From NCBI GenBank assembly GCA_964397025.1, contig CAYNGO010000001.1, positions 38,038-102,037 on the forward strand: a stretch of 64,000 bases of DNA. The letters run 5' to 3'. The stretch's first letter is position 1. Each line of letters opens with the position of its first letter. This document shows positions 19,516 through 30,264 of this stretch, piece after piece. The position numbers and the translations under genes were made by a program. This DNA is from an uncultured Weeksellaceae bacterium (GTDB lineage Bacteria; Bacteroidota; Bacteroidia; Flavobacteriales; BACL11). The notes under the pieces were generated by a model. That model was not told where the DNA came from, did not search any database, and was given only the letters and a program-made list of their open reading frames with translations.

Positions 19516-20202
19516 GCTTTTTATATATTCATAAGCTGCAACTACTGTAACAAGAATCTCAAAACAATAAATTGTATCTTCAATTGGAATATTTAAAATT
19601 CTTAAACCTATTATATGTGATTCGTTATAAATAACAATAGCATTATTTGTAAAACTTCCAGTTAGCATTCCGTTAACCAAAAGAAATGGGGCTAAGGACA
19701 ACAAATACATAAACAGAAAATCTTTCCACCAATATGGCTTCTTTAAATATATTAAAATCATAGTCGCTCCCGAAATGCTAAAGTAAAAACTAGTGTATAT
19801 TTTATCATAAAAGAATATAGCGAGAATAACAAGCACAATACCACAAAGCAAAGTAAGGTTATACGTTAGTTTTGAAGCAGTAGAGGTTTTAAAGAAATGT
19901 TTTGACACTTTATAAATAAATAAACAGGCAAAAGGAATGATGATAAAAAAAAGCCATTCTTCAATTGGAAGATCTGCTAAAAAAAACCCATAAACAAGAT
20001 TGTGATTAAAGCTCCAAACGCCTAGCTTTGTAAATACAATATCTATTGGAACATGTATTATCATCATTATACAAATAGCTGGAAGTAACGAATTCCAGCT
20101 TTTATAAAATTCTATTCTTTTTTCAAAACTTCGTAAAATAGGATAGCTAATTGTTATGGCTAAAACTATAAAATAAAAATATCTACTATTAAATAAGTCC
20201 AT
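19480..20202 (-). CDS. Lycopene cyclase domain protein (fused CrtYc/d-type)
   Basis: 240 aa polytopic membrane protein with two repeated halves containing PIEE/PIED motifs (DLPIEEWLFF, NIPIEDTIYC). Adjacent to carotenoid genes. Confidence 0.65.
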   Translation of the reverse strand: MDLFNSRYFYFIVLAITISYPILRSFEKRIEFYKSWNSLLPAICIMMIIHVPIDIVFTKLGVWSFNHNLVYGFFLADLPIEEWLFFIIIPFACLFIYKVSKHFFKTSTASKLTYNLTLLCGIVLVILAIFFYDKIYTSFYFSISGATMILIYLKKPYWWKDFLFMYLLSLAPFLLVNGMLTGSFTNNAIVIYNESHIIGLRILNIPIEDTIYCFEILVTVVAAYEYIKSLAKPLSIQNNQ

Positions 20203-20830
20203 GTTTAAAATATTGAATTATAAAAAACGATAATTGAGAACCAATAACTGCAAAAGCAATTTTTTGATTAATTTTTGCTTTTGAAAAAACAATTAGAAGC
20301 TGAGCAATAATTGCACAAAAGAACCACCCAAAATAATTATGAATAGGAACAGTAATATATTCCCATGACCAAAAATCAAGATTAATTGCAATTGGCTCAA
20401 TAATATAATCGAGAAATACCATTAAAAGAGAGCTAAGTATTATTAGCCAGATTTTTTTGTCAGTAAAGAAAGAAATAATTCCAAAAGATGCGAGTGATAA
20501 GTTTATCCAATTTACACCCATAATTAATGGAGTGCTAAATAAAGTGAGCCCAAGTGTTTTTCCATATGTATATTCTCCAAAAATAATTCCTGTATTTACT
20601 CCTATAACCTCAACAATAAAACCAAAAATAAATAACTGCAAACAAAGGAAAACAAAGCTTCTAGAGTAATTATTATTAACATAGAAAAACAAAGAAAAAA
20701 TAAGTAAAAGATTAACTGGAGTAAATAAGAGTATTGATGGTTTTAATAATGGAGAAAACAATGCGCAGGATCCAATTATGTTAAAAAAAAACAATAAAAA
20801 AACCGCTATATTATACCTATTTTTTTTCAT
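20189..20830 (-). CDS. Carotenoid biosynthesis membrane protein (DUF422/CruF-like, possible carotenoid 1,2-hydratase)
   Basis: 213 aa polytopic membrane protein, overlapped on both sides by carotenoid genes. The family call is from recollection and context. Confidence 0.5.
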   Translation of the reverse strand: MKKNRYNIAVFLLFFFNIIGSCALFSPLLKPSILLFTPVNLLLIFSLFFYVNNNYSRSFVFLCLQLFIFGFIVEVIGVNTGIIFGEYTYGKTLGLTLFSTPLIMGVNWINLSLASFGIISFFTDKKIWLIILSSLLMVFLDYIIEPIAINLDFWSWEYITVPIHNYFGWFFCAIIAQLLIVFSKAKINQKIAFAVIGSQLSFFIIQYFKHGLI

Positions 20831-22295
20831 ATTCTTCGGATATTAGTTCATCAACTATTTTGGCAGAAGAAAGCACTAGTGGAATACCGCCTCCAGGATG
20901 AACGCTACCTCCACAAAAATACAAACCTTTAATGTCTTTTGAAAAATTAGGATGTCTAAAAAAAGCTGATTCCTTTGAGTTAGAAGATGTTCCATATAAA
21001 GCGCCTTTAAACGAATGTGTTTCGGATTCAATACTTCTTGGGTCTACTGTATCCTCGAATACAATATGATCTTCAATACTTATTTTTAAGGTGCTATTAA
21101 TTTTCCTTATTATGTCTTTACGTGCTTTTAGTATTAAATCATCCCAGTCTTGTTTTTTATTATGAGAAACATTTATCATAACAAACCAGTTTTCTGAATT
21201 GGGAGGCGCGTCAGATGTCTTTTTCTTTGAAGTAATATTAATATAGACTGTTGGATCGTTAGAAATTGTTTTTCCTTCACTAATATGTTTAAATTCTTCT
21301 TGATAATCTCCAGAGAATAATATATTATGTAGCTGTAGTTGATCAAAAACCATATTAATACCCCAATAAAAAATGATAGCAGATGAAGATCTTTCTTCAT
21401 CTTTTTTATAATTATTTAATTGGTCTTTTGGAAGAAGATTATTATAAACATAATAAATATCGGTATTGCAAACAACAAGCTTAGAAGGAAAAAAATCTTT
21501 TCCTACAACAACACCTTCAATCGATTTGTTATTAACTTTAATGCTTTCAACTTTAGAGTTAAAATAAAATTTCACACCAAGCTCTAAGGCTAATTTATAT
21601 ATTGACTTCGGAATAGCACTCATACCTTTTTCAGAAAAAAAAGCTCCTTTTTTAAATTCTAAATTTGAAATACTGTTTAAAACTGCTGGTGCTAAATAAG
21701 GGTTTGAGCCATTATATGTAGCGTATCTATTAAAAAGCTGAACAATCTTTGGGTTTGAAAATCTTTTCAAGTTTACCTCATTCATTGTAGAAAATAAGTT
21801 TAAAAACGGGATTTTCATTGCAGAATACAAAACCTTTAATGATAAATAGGTTTTTATTTTATGAAGTGATTTTTCAAGAAACAAATAGCTTGTTGCTTTA
21901 AAAATAAACTCGTTCTCACTTAAGTAACGTTTTGTTTTATGTATTGGTGTATTTGTTTTTTTAAGTATTTCCTCAGAAAACTTAATAGGCTCTGAATATG
22001 CTTTTATTACTACTCCATCATTATAAAAATATCTACAACTCTCATTTAGTTTAGTGTATTTAAAATAATCTTTTGGGGATTTTCCTGCTAAGACAAACAA
22101 TTCATCAATCTTTTCAGGCATTGTTAATAATGACGGTCCTTTGTCAAATCGATAGCCATTTGATGAGAACTCTGCCGCCTTACCTCCAGGCGAACTATTG
22201 GATTCATAAACACTTACCTTATATCCTTTTAATGCTAATCTAACAGCAATAGCAAGTCCTCCAATTCCCGATCCAATGACTGATACTCTTTTCAA
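20817..22295 (-). CDS. Phytoene desaturase-family FAD oxidoreductase (CrtD-like 1-hydroxycarotenoid 3,4-desaturase)
   Basis: 492 aa. N-terminal dinucleotide fold VSVIGSGIGGLAIAVRLALKGYKVSVYESNSSPGGKA and C-terminal GLYFCGGSVHPGGGIP. TTG start 18 nt after the asd stop. Confidence 0.75.
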   Translation of the reverse strand: MKRVSVIGSGIGGLAIAVRLALKGYKVSVYESNSSPGGKAAEFSSNGYRFDKGPSLLTMPEKIDELFVLAGKSPKDYFKYTKLNESCRYFYNDGVVIKAYSEPIKFSEEILKKTNTPIHKTKRYLSENEFIFKATSYLFLEKSLHKIKTYLSLKVLYSAMKIPFLNLFSTMNEVNLKRFSNPKIVQLFNRYATYNGSNPYLAPAVLNSISNLEFKKGAFFSEKGMSAIPKSIYKLALELGVKFYFNSKVESIKVNNKSIEGVVVGKDFFPSKLVVCNTDIYYVYNNLLPKDQLNNYKKDEERSSSAIIFYWGINMVFDQLQLHNILFSGDYQEEFKHISEGKTISNDPTVYINITSKKKTSDAPPNSENWFVMINVSHNKKQDWDDLILKARKDIIRKINSTLKISIEDHIVFEDTVDPRSIESETHSFKGALYGTSSNSKESAFFRHPNFSKDIKGLYFCGGSVHPGGGIPLVLSSAKIVDELISEEYEKK

Positions 22296-22313
22296 CAGAC
22301 TATTTTGTATAAA

Positions 22314-23300
22314 TTATATAAGATTATTAGTAATCAAATATTCTGCTATTTGGATTGTATTTGTTGCAGCCCCTTTACGAAGGTTGTCCGAAACAATCCA
22401 CATATTAACAGTTTTTTCTTGAGAAAAATCTTTTCTTATTCTTCCAATAAAAACCTCGTCTTTCCCTTTTGAGTTTATTGGCATTGGGTATGTATTATTC
22501 TTTACATCATCTAAAACAATTAAACCTTTATTTGATTCTAGTGTTTTTCTAATGTCATCAAGACTAGCATCTTTAGAAAACTTTATATTAACACTTTCAC
22601 AATGCCCACCCTCAACAGGAATTCTTACTGCAGTAGCTGTAATCATAATATTCTTATCAAGAATTTTATGTGTTTCATTTACAATCTTCATTTCTTCCTT
22701 AGTATAACCATTATCTTCAAAAACATCAATATGAGGAAGTGCGTTTCTATAGATTGGGTGTGGGTAGACCATTTCTCCAGAAACACCCCTTTCTTCATTC
22801 TCTAGTTGGTCAACTGCTTTTTTACCTGTTCCTGTAACTGATTGGTATGTTGAAACAACGATTCGTTCAATGTTAAATTTTTCATGTAGTGGAGCAACAG
22901 CCATTAATAATTGTATGGTAGAGCAATTAGGATTTGATATTATCATGTCGGATTGCATTAATTGCTCTCCATTTATTTCTGGAATAATTAATTTATTATT
23001 AGCAGACATTCTCCAATAAGAAGAGTTGTCGATAACCTTACAGCCTTTCTCTGCTAATCTTGGGGCCCAGATTTTTGATATCTCTGAGCCTGCACAAAAC
23101 AATGCTAAATCTGGTTGGGACAAAATCATCTCTTCCAAACTCATAACTGTAAAAGATTGATTATTAATTATTATTTTTTTTCCTATTGACTTCTCAGAAG
23201 CTACTAAAATTAATTCAGTGTATTTAAATTTTCTTTCTTGTAAGATATTTAATATTTGAACTCCAACCATTCCGGTTGCTCCAATAATTGCTAGTTTCAT
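22314..23300 (-). CDS. asd: Aspartate-semialdehyde dehydrogenase
   Basis: MKLAIIGATGMVG NAD fold and active-site Cys in SNPNCSTIQL. The start is set to ATG 23300, because the ORF-track TTG at 23321 lies inside the -7 box. Confidence 0.9.
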   Translation of the reverse strand: MKLAIIGATGMVGVQILNILQERKFKYTELILVASEKSIGKKIIINNQSFTVMSLEEMILSQPDLALFCAGSEISKIWAPRLAEKGCKVIDNSSYWRMSANNKLIIPEINGEQLMQSDMIISNPNCSTIQLLMAVAPLHEKFNIERIVVSTYQSVTGTGKKAVDQLENEERGVSGEMVYPHPIYRNALPHIDVFEDNGYTKEEMKIVNETHKILDKNIMITATAVRIPVEGGHCESVNIKFSKDASLDDIRKTLESNKGLIVLDDVKNNTYPMPINSKGKDEVFIGRIRKDFSQEKTVNMWIVSDNLRKGAATNTIQIAEYLITNNLI

Positions 23301-23318
23301 AGTGCATTCTTTACCTTT

Positions 23319-23326
23319 CAAAAGTA
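23319..23326 (-). promoter_or_regulatory. -7 box (TACTTTTG on minus strand) for asd and probably the downstream carotenoid genes
   Basis: The plus strand reads CAAAAGTA, 19 nt upstream of ATG 23300. Confidence 0.45.
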
Positions 23327-23369
23327 CTATATTTACAAACTATAGCAACAACTTATAAGGGTTTTTAAA

Positions 23370-25097
23370 ATGTCTAAAAAAAACACATTAGCCGAAATAA
23401 TTAATAATATTCCAAAGAAGCCTGGCGTTTATCATTATTATGACAACAATGATAAAATAATATATATTGGAAAAGCCAAGAACCTAAAAAGTCGAGTCTC
23501 TTCATATTTTACAAACAAGCATGATAATTTAAAAACTAAAATTTTAGTAAGCAAAATCGCTAACATTACATGTATAATAGTTGAAACCGAGATTGATGCG
23601 CTATTGCTAGAAAATAATCTTATTAAAAAACACCAACCTAGATATAATATTTTATTAAAAGACGATAAAACATATCCTTGGATATGTATTAAAAACGAAG
23701 AATTTCCAAAGGTTTTTCAAACAAGAACCGTTTTAAAAGATGGGTCAGAATATTATGGACCTTACATGTCTACATATGTAATAAATGTACTGTTAGATTT
23801 TTTTTCAGAAATATTTTATGACAATGGATGGACACCATATTCATATTTAAACGGAAATATTAAAAAAGAGTTAAAGCCAAAATACTTAGAAACAATTTCT
23901 CAGATTAGACAAATATTAAAAGGCGATCTTAAGATTATAAATTCAAGATTAAAAGAAAAAATGATGGAGTTTTCTAATAATTTAGATTTTGAAAATGCTC
24001 AAAAAATAAAAGAAAAACTAAACCTATTAAACAACTACCAATCAAAATCTTCTATTGTGAGCTCAACAATAAGCAATGTTGACGTTTTTAGCATTGTGTC
24101 AGAAAAAAATATTGCATTTGTAAATTATCTTAAAATTACAAACGGAGCAATAATACAATCTCATACTGTTGAAGTGAAGAAAAGATTGTCTGAGCAAGAT
24201 GAAGATATTTTACAATTTGTTATTACTGATCTTAGAAATAGATTTAGTAGCGTTTCTGAAAAAATATACTGTTCTCATAGCATCTTAAGTATTTGGTCAA
24301 ATACAAAGCTGTCTGTTCCTAAAATAGGTGACAAAAAAAAGCTTATTGACCTTTCTTTAAGAAATGCAAAATACATGCAATTTGAAAAGAAAAAACAAAA
24401 TATTTTACTAAGTGAAAAAAAACAAAACAATAATAGTGTCTCTCAAATCCAAAAAGATTTGCGACTAAAAAAAAGACCAACTCACATAGAGTGTTTTGAC
24501 AATTCTAATTTTCAAGGAACAAACCCTGTTGCCGCATGTGTTGTGTTTAAAAACGGGAAGCCAAGCAAAAAAGATTATAGGCTTTTTAATATTAAAACTA
24601 TTATTGGCCCTGACGATTTTGGGTCAATGGAAGAGGTTGTTTTTAGAAGATATAAGCGATTACTTTTTGAAAAAAAACCTCTTCCTCAATTAATAATTGT
24701 TGATGGAGGTAAGGGGCAATTAAGTTCTGCTATAAAAAGTCTAAAGAAGCTTAATCTTTATGGAAAAATAGCAATAATTGGTATTGCTAAAAAGTTAGAA
24801 GAAATTTACTTCCCAAATGATTCTGTTCCTTTATATCTAGATAAAAGATCTATAAGTCTAAAAATAATTCAGCAATTACGTAATGAAGCGCATCGATTTG
24901 GGGTAAACCATCATAGAAAAATACGCTCCAAAACAAATCTAACATCTTCTCTTGATGAAATAAAAGGCATTGGTCCAAAAACAACAACCTTATTAATTAA
25001 GCATTTTGGTTCTGTAAAAAAACTTATGCAAAGCAAAATTACAGATGTAGAAGAGATTATAGGAAAAGCAAAAACTAAAAAAATATTTAATCTCTAA
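23370..25097 (+). CDS. uvrC: Excinuclease ABC subunit C
   Basis: GIY-YIG N-terminus (GVYHYYDNNDKIIYIGKAKNLKSRV), a central UvrC endonuclease domain, and C-terminal helix-hairpin-helix (IKGIGPKTTTLLIKHFGS). Confidence 0.9.
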   Translation: MSKKNTLAEIINNIPKKPGVYHYYDNNDKIIYIGKAKNLKSRVSSYFTNKHDNLKTKILVSKIANITCIIVETEIDALLLENNLIKKHQPRYNILLKDDKTYPWICIKNEEFPKVFQTRTVLKDGSEYYGPYMSTYVINVLLDFFSEIFYDNGWTPYSYLNGNIKKELKPKYLETISQIRQILKGDLKIINSRLKEKMMEFSNNLDFENAQKIKEKLNLLNNYQSKSSIVSSTISNVDVFSIVSEKNIAFVNYLKITNGAIIQSHTVEVKKRLSEQDEDILQFVITDLRNRFSSVSEKIYCSHSILSIWSNTKLSVPKIGDKKKLIDLSLRNAKYMQFEKKKQNILLSEKKQNNNSVSQIQKDLRLKKRPTHIECFDNSNFQGTNPVAACVVFKNGKPSKKDYRLFNIKTIIGPDDFGSMEEVVFRRYKRLLFEKKPLPQLIIVDGGKGQLSSAIKSLKKLNLYGKIAIIGIAKKLEEIYFPNDSVPLYLDKRSISLKIIQQLRNEAHRFGVNHHRKIRSKTNLTSSLDEIKGIGPKTTTLLIKHFGSVKKLMQSKITDVEEIIGKAKTKKIFNL

Positions 25098-25104
25098 GAA
25101 ACGA

Positions 25105-26610
25105 TTAATCTTTGTTTTTCATTTGAGGAAAAAATAAAACATCTTGTATAGAATTACTGTTTGTCATGATCATCGAAAGTCGATCAATTCCTATTCCAAG
25201 GCCGGCAGTTGGAGGCATTCCATATTCTATAGCTCTAATAAAGTCTTCGTCTAAAACCATCGCCTCTTCATCACCTCTTTTTGCTAACTTTAACTGTTCT
25301 TCAAATCTTTTTCTTTGATCAATTGGATCGTTTAGCTCAGAAAACGCATTACATATTTCCTTTCCATTACATACAGCTTCAAAACGCTCAACTAATCCTA
25401 CTTTTGAACGATGTTTTTTTGCTAATGGAGACATCTCAACGGGATAGTCTGTAATAAATGTTGGTTGAATTAATTTTTTTTCACATTTTTCTCCAAAGAT
25501 CTCATCAATTAACTTACCTCTTCCCATGCTTTTGTCAATTGGTACTTTTAATTCTTTAGCTACACCTCTTAACTCTAACTCATCCATATTAGATATATCT
25601 ATGCCGGTAAACTCATGTATTGCCTCATACATTGTTAGTCGTTTCCATGGTCTTTTAAAGCTTATTAGGTTTTCACCCACTTTTATTTCTGTTGTATTGT
25701 GAAGATCAAGAGCTATTTTTTCAACCATTTCTTCCACTAAATCCATCATCCAATTATAATCTTTATAAGCCACATAAAGTTCCATTTGTGTAAACTCTGG
25801 GTTATGAAAACGACTCATTCCTTCATTTCTGAAGTCTTTTGAGAATTCATAGACGCCATCAAAACCCCCAACAATTAATCTTTTTAAATATAACTCATTT
25901 GCAATTCTTAAATATAAGTCCATATTTAATTTGTTATGATGAGTTTTAAAAGGGCGAGCGGCAGCGCCACCATAAATTGGTTGTAGTATTGGTGTTTCAA
26001 CTTCAAGGTATTCTTTACTATTTAAGTAAGATCTCATTGAATTTGTAAGTTGTGTTCTTTTTATAAACGCATCTTTAACGTGAGGATTTACAACAAGATC
26101 TACATATCTTTGTCTATATCTTCTTTCGGGGTCAGTAAAAGCATCATGTATATTCCCCTCGCTATCAAGCTTTGGCAAGGGTAGTGGTTTTAGAGATTTA
26201 GATAGGATTGTGATTTTTTTAACCATTATAGAGACCTCTCCAACTTTAGTTATAAAAACATGTCCTTCTACTCCTATTATGTCTCCAATATCTAAAAGTT
26301 TTTTAAATACTTGGTTATACATTGTTTTATCCTCTCCAACACAAACCTCATCTCTATTTACATATAATTGAATTTTTCCATTTGAGTCTTGTATTTCTAC
26401 AAATGAGGCTTTTCCCATTATTCTTCTACTCATAATTCTTCCAGCTACAACCACATCTAAATGATCGCCCTCTTTATATATATTCTTAATTTTAGTTGAG
26501 GTGTTGTTAACGTGAAACATTTCTGCTGGATAACAATTTATTCCAAGTTCATTAAGCTTTTGTAGTGATTCCCGTCGAACTAGTTCTTGTTCAGAATACT
26601 CTTTAGACAT
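25105..26610 (-). CDS. lysS: Lysine--tRNA ligase (class II)
   Basis: 501 aa. OB anticodon-binding domain plus class II motifs ([29 protein letters not shown]). Confidence 0.92.
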   Translation of the reverse strand: MSKEYSEQELVRRESLQKLNELGINCYPAEMFHVNNTSTKIKNIYKEGDHLDVVVAGRIMSRRIMGKASFVEIQDSNGKIQLYVNRDEVCVGEDKTMYNQVFKKLLDIGDIIGVEGHVFITKVGEVSIMVKKITILSKSLKPLPLPKLDSEGNIHDAFTDPERRYRQRYVDLVVNPHVKDAFIKRTQLTNSMRSYLNSKEYLEVETPILQPIYGGAAARPFKTHHNKLNMDLYLRIANELYLKRLIVGGFDGVYEFSKDFRNEGMSRFHNPEFTQMELYVAYKDYNWMMDLVEEMVEKIALDLHNTTEIKVGENLISFKRPWKRLTMYEAIHEFTGIDISNMDELELRGVAKELKVPIDKSMGRGKLIDEIFGEKCEKKLIQPTFITDYPVEMSPLAKKHRSKVGLVERFEAVCNGKEICNAFSELNDPIDQRKRFEEQLKLAKRGDEEAMVLDEDFIRAIEYGMPPTAGLGIGIDRLSMIMTNSNSIQDVLFFPQMKNKD

Positions 26611-26691
26611 GTGAGTTTTTTTTTGTAAATATATAAATTCTTTGTTCCTATTATTTTGTAATATTGACTTCTTTTAAAAAACAAACCAATT

Positions 26692-27681
26692 ATGAAAATG
26701 AACAACTACATCAGTGATTTTACCAATCATTTAAATGACGCATTAAGTATAGGTATTAGCGCTAAATTTAACTGCGCTAAATCAGATATTAATAATATCT
26801 TGATATGTGGACTTGGAGGAAGTGGGATTGGAGGTTCAATAATTACAGACATCGTTAATGATGTTATTAGCGTTCCTATTACGGCAACAAAAGGGTATGA
26901 GGTTCCTAAATTTGTAAATAAAAATACGCTTGTAATAGCCTGCTCTTATTCTGGAAATACTGAAGAAACAATTGAGGCTGTAGAGAAATGTCTAAAGAAA
27001 AATGCTGAAGTTTCAGTAATTACTTCTGGAGGAAAGCTTAAAGAGATTGCATTAGAAAAAAGCCTAAATCATATTATAATTCCTGGCGGACATCCTCCAA
27101 GAGCAATGTTTGGTTATGGGTTTACAGAATTATTCTTTGTATTAAAAAACTATAATCTCATAAATAATGATTTTGAAAATGATTTTAAAAACGCCATATC
27201 ACTTCTTAATAAAGAAAAAGAAAACATCAAAATATTAGCAAGGTCAATTGCCAAAAAGCTTTATAAAAAAACACCAATCATTTACACTTGTGAAGGTTTT
27301 GAGGGTGTTGCAATTCGTTTTCGTCAGCAAATCAATGAGAACAGCAAGATGCTATGCTGGCATCATGTAGTGCCAGAAATGAATCACAATGAGCTTTTAG
27401 GATGGAGAACTAATGTTGAGGGTTTAGCTGTGGTCTTCCTAAGAAATAAAAATGATTATTATAGGAATCAAACTAGACTTGACATTAATAAATCTGTTAT
27501 TAGCAAGTATACTGATGATATATTAGAAGTCTGGAGCAAGGGGAATTCTTTAATTGAAACTTCTCTTTATCACATTAATGTTGGAGATTGGGTTTCTTGG
27601 TATCTTTCTGAGCATAATAATGTAGATGCAATTGAAATAGATGTTATTGATTTTTTGAAAGATAAGCTTTCAAAAATATAA
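26692..27681 (+). CDS. SIS-domain bifunctional phosphoglucose/phosphomannose isomerase family protein
   Basis: 329 aa. SIS motifs ICGLGGSGIGG and ACSYSGNTEET. Confidence 0.7.
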   Translation: MKMNNYISDFTNHLNDALSIGISAKFNCAKSDINNILICGLGGSGIGGSIITDIVNDVISVPITATKGYEVPKFVNKNTLVIACSYSGNTEETIEAVEKCLKKNAEVSVITSGGKLKEIALEKSLNHIIIPGGHPPRAMFGYGFTELFFVLKNYNLINNDFENDFKNAISLLNKEKENIKILARSIAKKLYKKTPIIYTCEGFEGVAIRFRQQINENSKMLCWHHVVPEMNHNELLGWRTNVEGLAVVFLRNKNDYYRNQTRLDINKSVISKYTDDILEVWSKGNSLIETSLYHINVGDWVSWYLSEHNNVDAIEIDVIDFLKDKLSKI

Positions 27682-27684
27682 ATT

Positions 27685-28377
27685 GTGCAAAATGTTTTTT
27701 TTAAAGATATCGGTTTAGTTGATTATAAAAAGGCTTGGGACTTTCAAGAGAAACTCTTTAATAAAACCTTAAGCATAAAATCTAAAAACAAAAAAGAAGC
27801 AACAAGTAATAAAACTGAAAATCACCTTATCTTTTGCGAACACCCTCATGTTTATACATTAGGGAAAAGCGGAAAACAAGAGAACCTATTAGTTAATGAA
27901 GAATATTTGAAAAGTCGTGGAGCTTCATTTTATAAAACAAATAGAGGGGGCGATATTACATACCATGGCCCAGGACAAATTGTAGGATATCCTATATTTG
28001 ATTTAGATAATTTTTTTCATGATATCCACAAATATTTGAGGTTACTTGAAGAGGGTGTTATTTTAACCCTAAAAGAGTATGGGGTAAATGGTGAGCGTTC
28101 TGATGGAGAGACTGGTGTTTGGCTAGATGTTGGAATGCCAAGTGCAAGAAAAATATGCGCTCTGGGCGTAAAAGCTAGTAGGTGGGTGACTATGCACGGT
28201 TTTGCTTTTAATATTAACACAGATTTATCCTATTTTGAAAATATAATTCCATGCGGTATTGTTGGGAAAAACGTCACTTCATTAGAACAAGAAATTGGAA
28301 GAAAAGTAGATATTGAAAAAGTAAAAGAACAGCTTAAAAAAAACATTGAACTATCCTTTGAAATGAATTTAATCTAA
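27685..28377 (+). CDS. lipB: Lipoyl(octanoyl) transferase
   Basis: 230 aa. RGGDITYHGPGQIVGYPI and KICALGVK (catalytic Lys/Cys region). GTG start. Confidence 0.88.
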   Translation: MQNVFFKDIGLVDYKKAWDFQEKLFNKTLSIKSKNKKEATSNKTENHLIFCEHPHVYTLGKSGKQENLLVNEEYLKSRGASFYKTNRGGDITYHGPGQIVGYPIFDLDNFFHDIHKYLRLLEEGVILTLKEYGVNGERSDGETGVWLDVGMPSARKICALGVKASRWVTMHGFAFNINTDLSYFENIIPCGIVGKNVTSLEQEIGRKVDIEKVKEQLKKNIELSFEMNLI

Positions 28378-28464
28378 TTTACAACTCTTTTGTTTTGACT
28401 GCTATTCAATTAGCCCTATAAATAAAAATATTTATCTTTATCACAAGAAATAACAAATATAGCT

Positions 28465-30264
28465 ATGAGCAATACACTTCTAGAATTTAAAAATTTAGTT
28501 ACAGAGTTTCATACCGAAGGAACTACAGTAAAAGCCGTTAATAATATCAGTTTTACTTTAAATAAAGGAGAAACAGTAGGTATTGTTGGAGAATCTGGTT
28601 CTGGAAAGTCAGTAACCTCTCTTTCAGCAATGAGACTAATACCTAGCCCTCCTGGAATTATAAGCGGAGGAAGTATTATTTTTCATACCAAAAATGGCGA
28701 AAAAGTAGATTTGCTTAAAATCTCTGAAGAAAAAATGAGAGAACATAGAGGTAATGATCTAGCAATGATCTTTCAAGAGCCTATGACGTCTTTAAATCCA
28801 GTTTTTACGTGTGGAGATCAAGTTTTAGAAGCCATAATGTTGCATCAAAAACTAAAAAAAGACGCAGCTAAAAAATTAACTATTAAACTTTTTAAAAAAG
28901 TTCAACTTCCAGATCCTGAAAGAATCTATAATACCTATCCACACCAAATCTCTGGAGGACAAAAACAAAGAGTTATGATTGCTATGGCTATGAGTTGCGA
29001 GCCTTCTGTTTTAATAGCTGATGAACCAACTACAGCGTTAGATGTTACTGTTCAAAAAACAATATTACTACTAATGCAAGAACTGCAAAGAGAGCAGGAT
29101 ATGGGTATTTTATTTATAACTCATGATTTAGGCGTTATTGCTGAGTTGGCCGATAAAGTTGTTGTTATGTATAAAGGAAATATTGTTGAACAAGGTAATG
29201 TTTGGGATATATTTACTAATCCAAAACATCCATACACTAAAGGTTTACTAGCCTGCAGGCCTCCTCTTGAAAAAAGATATACTTTTTTACCTACTGTTGG
29301 AGATTTTATGAAAACTGATTCTAGTGGAGTAATAGTTGATAATAATATTAGTGTTGAAGAGTTTACAAAAGATCTTGTTGTTTCTAATTCAGAAAGAGAG
29401 AGAAAACAGAAAGAATTATTTTCAAAAAAACCTGTTCTACAATTAAAAAACCTTAAAACATATTTCCCAATACGGAATGGTTTTTTTGGAGGAATATCTA
29501 GCCACGTAAAAGCTGTAAATAATGTTTCTTTTGATGTTTATCCCGGTGAAACTCTTGGTTTAGTTGGAGAATCTGGTTGTGGGAAAACAACAATTGGAAG
29601 AACTATTCTTAGGCTTGAAGAGCCAACCGAAGGTGAGATGATTTATAAAAATAAAGATATTGCTAAAATGGACGCAGATGAGCTGCGAGCTTTTAGAAAA
29701 GAAGTTCAAATTATTTTTCAGGACCCATACTCATCATTAAATCCTAGGATGACAATTGGAAATGCAATTATGGAACCAATGCAGGTTCATAAAATTTTAA
29801 ATTCTGACGAAGAAAGAAAAGAAAGAGTAAAAGAGCTTTTAACAAAAGTAAGTCTTGATCCTGCGCACTTTTATCGCTACCCTCATGAGTTTTCAGGAGG
29901 GCAAAGACAGCGTATCGGTATAGCTAGAGCATTAGCTGTAAACCCTAAGTTTATTATTTGTGATGAGTCCGTTTCTGCACTAGATGTTTCTGTGCAGGCT
30001 CAAGTTTTAAATCTACTTAACGACTTAAAAAAAGAATTTGAATTAACATATATTTTTATATCTCACGACTTATCAGTTGTTAAATATATGAGTGATAGAA
30101 TGGTTGTTATGCAAGAGGGAGAAATAGAAGAAATGGGTGATGCTGATCAAATTTACAACTCTCCTAAAACAGAATATACTAAAAGGCTTATCGATGCTAT
30201 TCCGGAGGGAAAACTTGATGATATCAAAAAACATTTAGAAGAAAAAGGAATAACTGTTAGTTAA
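28465..30264 (+). CDS. Fused double ABC ATPase of the oligopeptide/dipeptide (DppD-DppF/YejF-like) type
   Basis: 599 aa. Two Walker A motifs ([16 protein letters not shown]), two signatures ([16 protein letters not shown]), and oligopeptide-type C-terminal motif [11 protein letters not shown]. Confidence 0.85.
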   Translation: MSNTLLEFKNLVTEFHTEGTTVKAVNNISFTLNKGETVGIVGESGSGKSVTSLSAMRLIPSPPGIISGGSIIFHTKNGEKVDLLKISEEKMREHRGNDLAMIFQEPMTSLNPVFTCGDQVLEAIMLHQKLKKDAAKKLTIKLFKKVQLPDPERIYNTYPHQISGGQKQRVMIAMAMSCEPSVLIADEPTTALDVTVQKTILLLMQELQREQDMGILFITHDLGVIAELADKVVVMYKGNIVEQGNVWDIFTNPKHPYTKGLLACRPPLEKRYTFLPTVGDFMKTDSSGVIVDNNISVEEFTKDLVVSNSERERKQKELFSKKPVLQLKNLKTYFPIRNGFFGGISSHVKAVNNVSFDVYPGETLGLVGESGCGKTTIGRTILRLEEPTEGEMIYKNKDIAKMDADELRAFRKEVQIIFQDPYSSLNPRMTIGNAIMEPMQVHKILNSDEERKERVKELLTKVSLDPAHFYRYPHEFSGGQRQRIGIARALAVNPKFIICDESVSALDVSVQAQVLNLLNDLKKEFELTYIFISHDLSVVKYMSDRMVVMQEGEIEEMGDADQIYNSPKTEYTKRLIDAIPEGKLDDIKKHLEEKGITVS

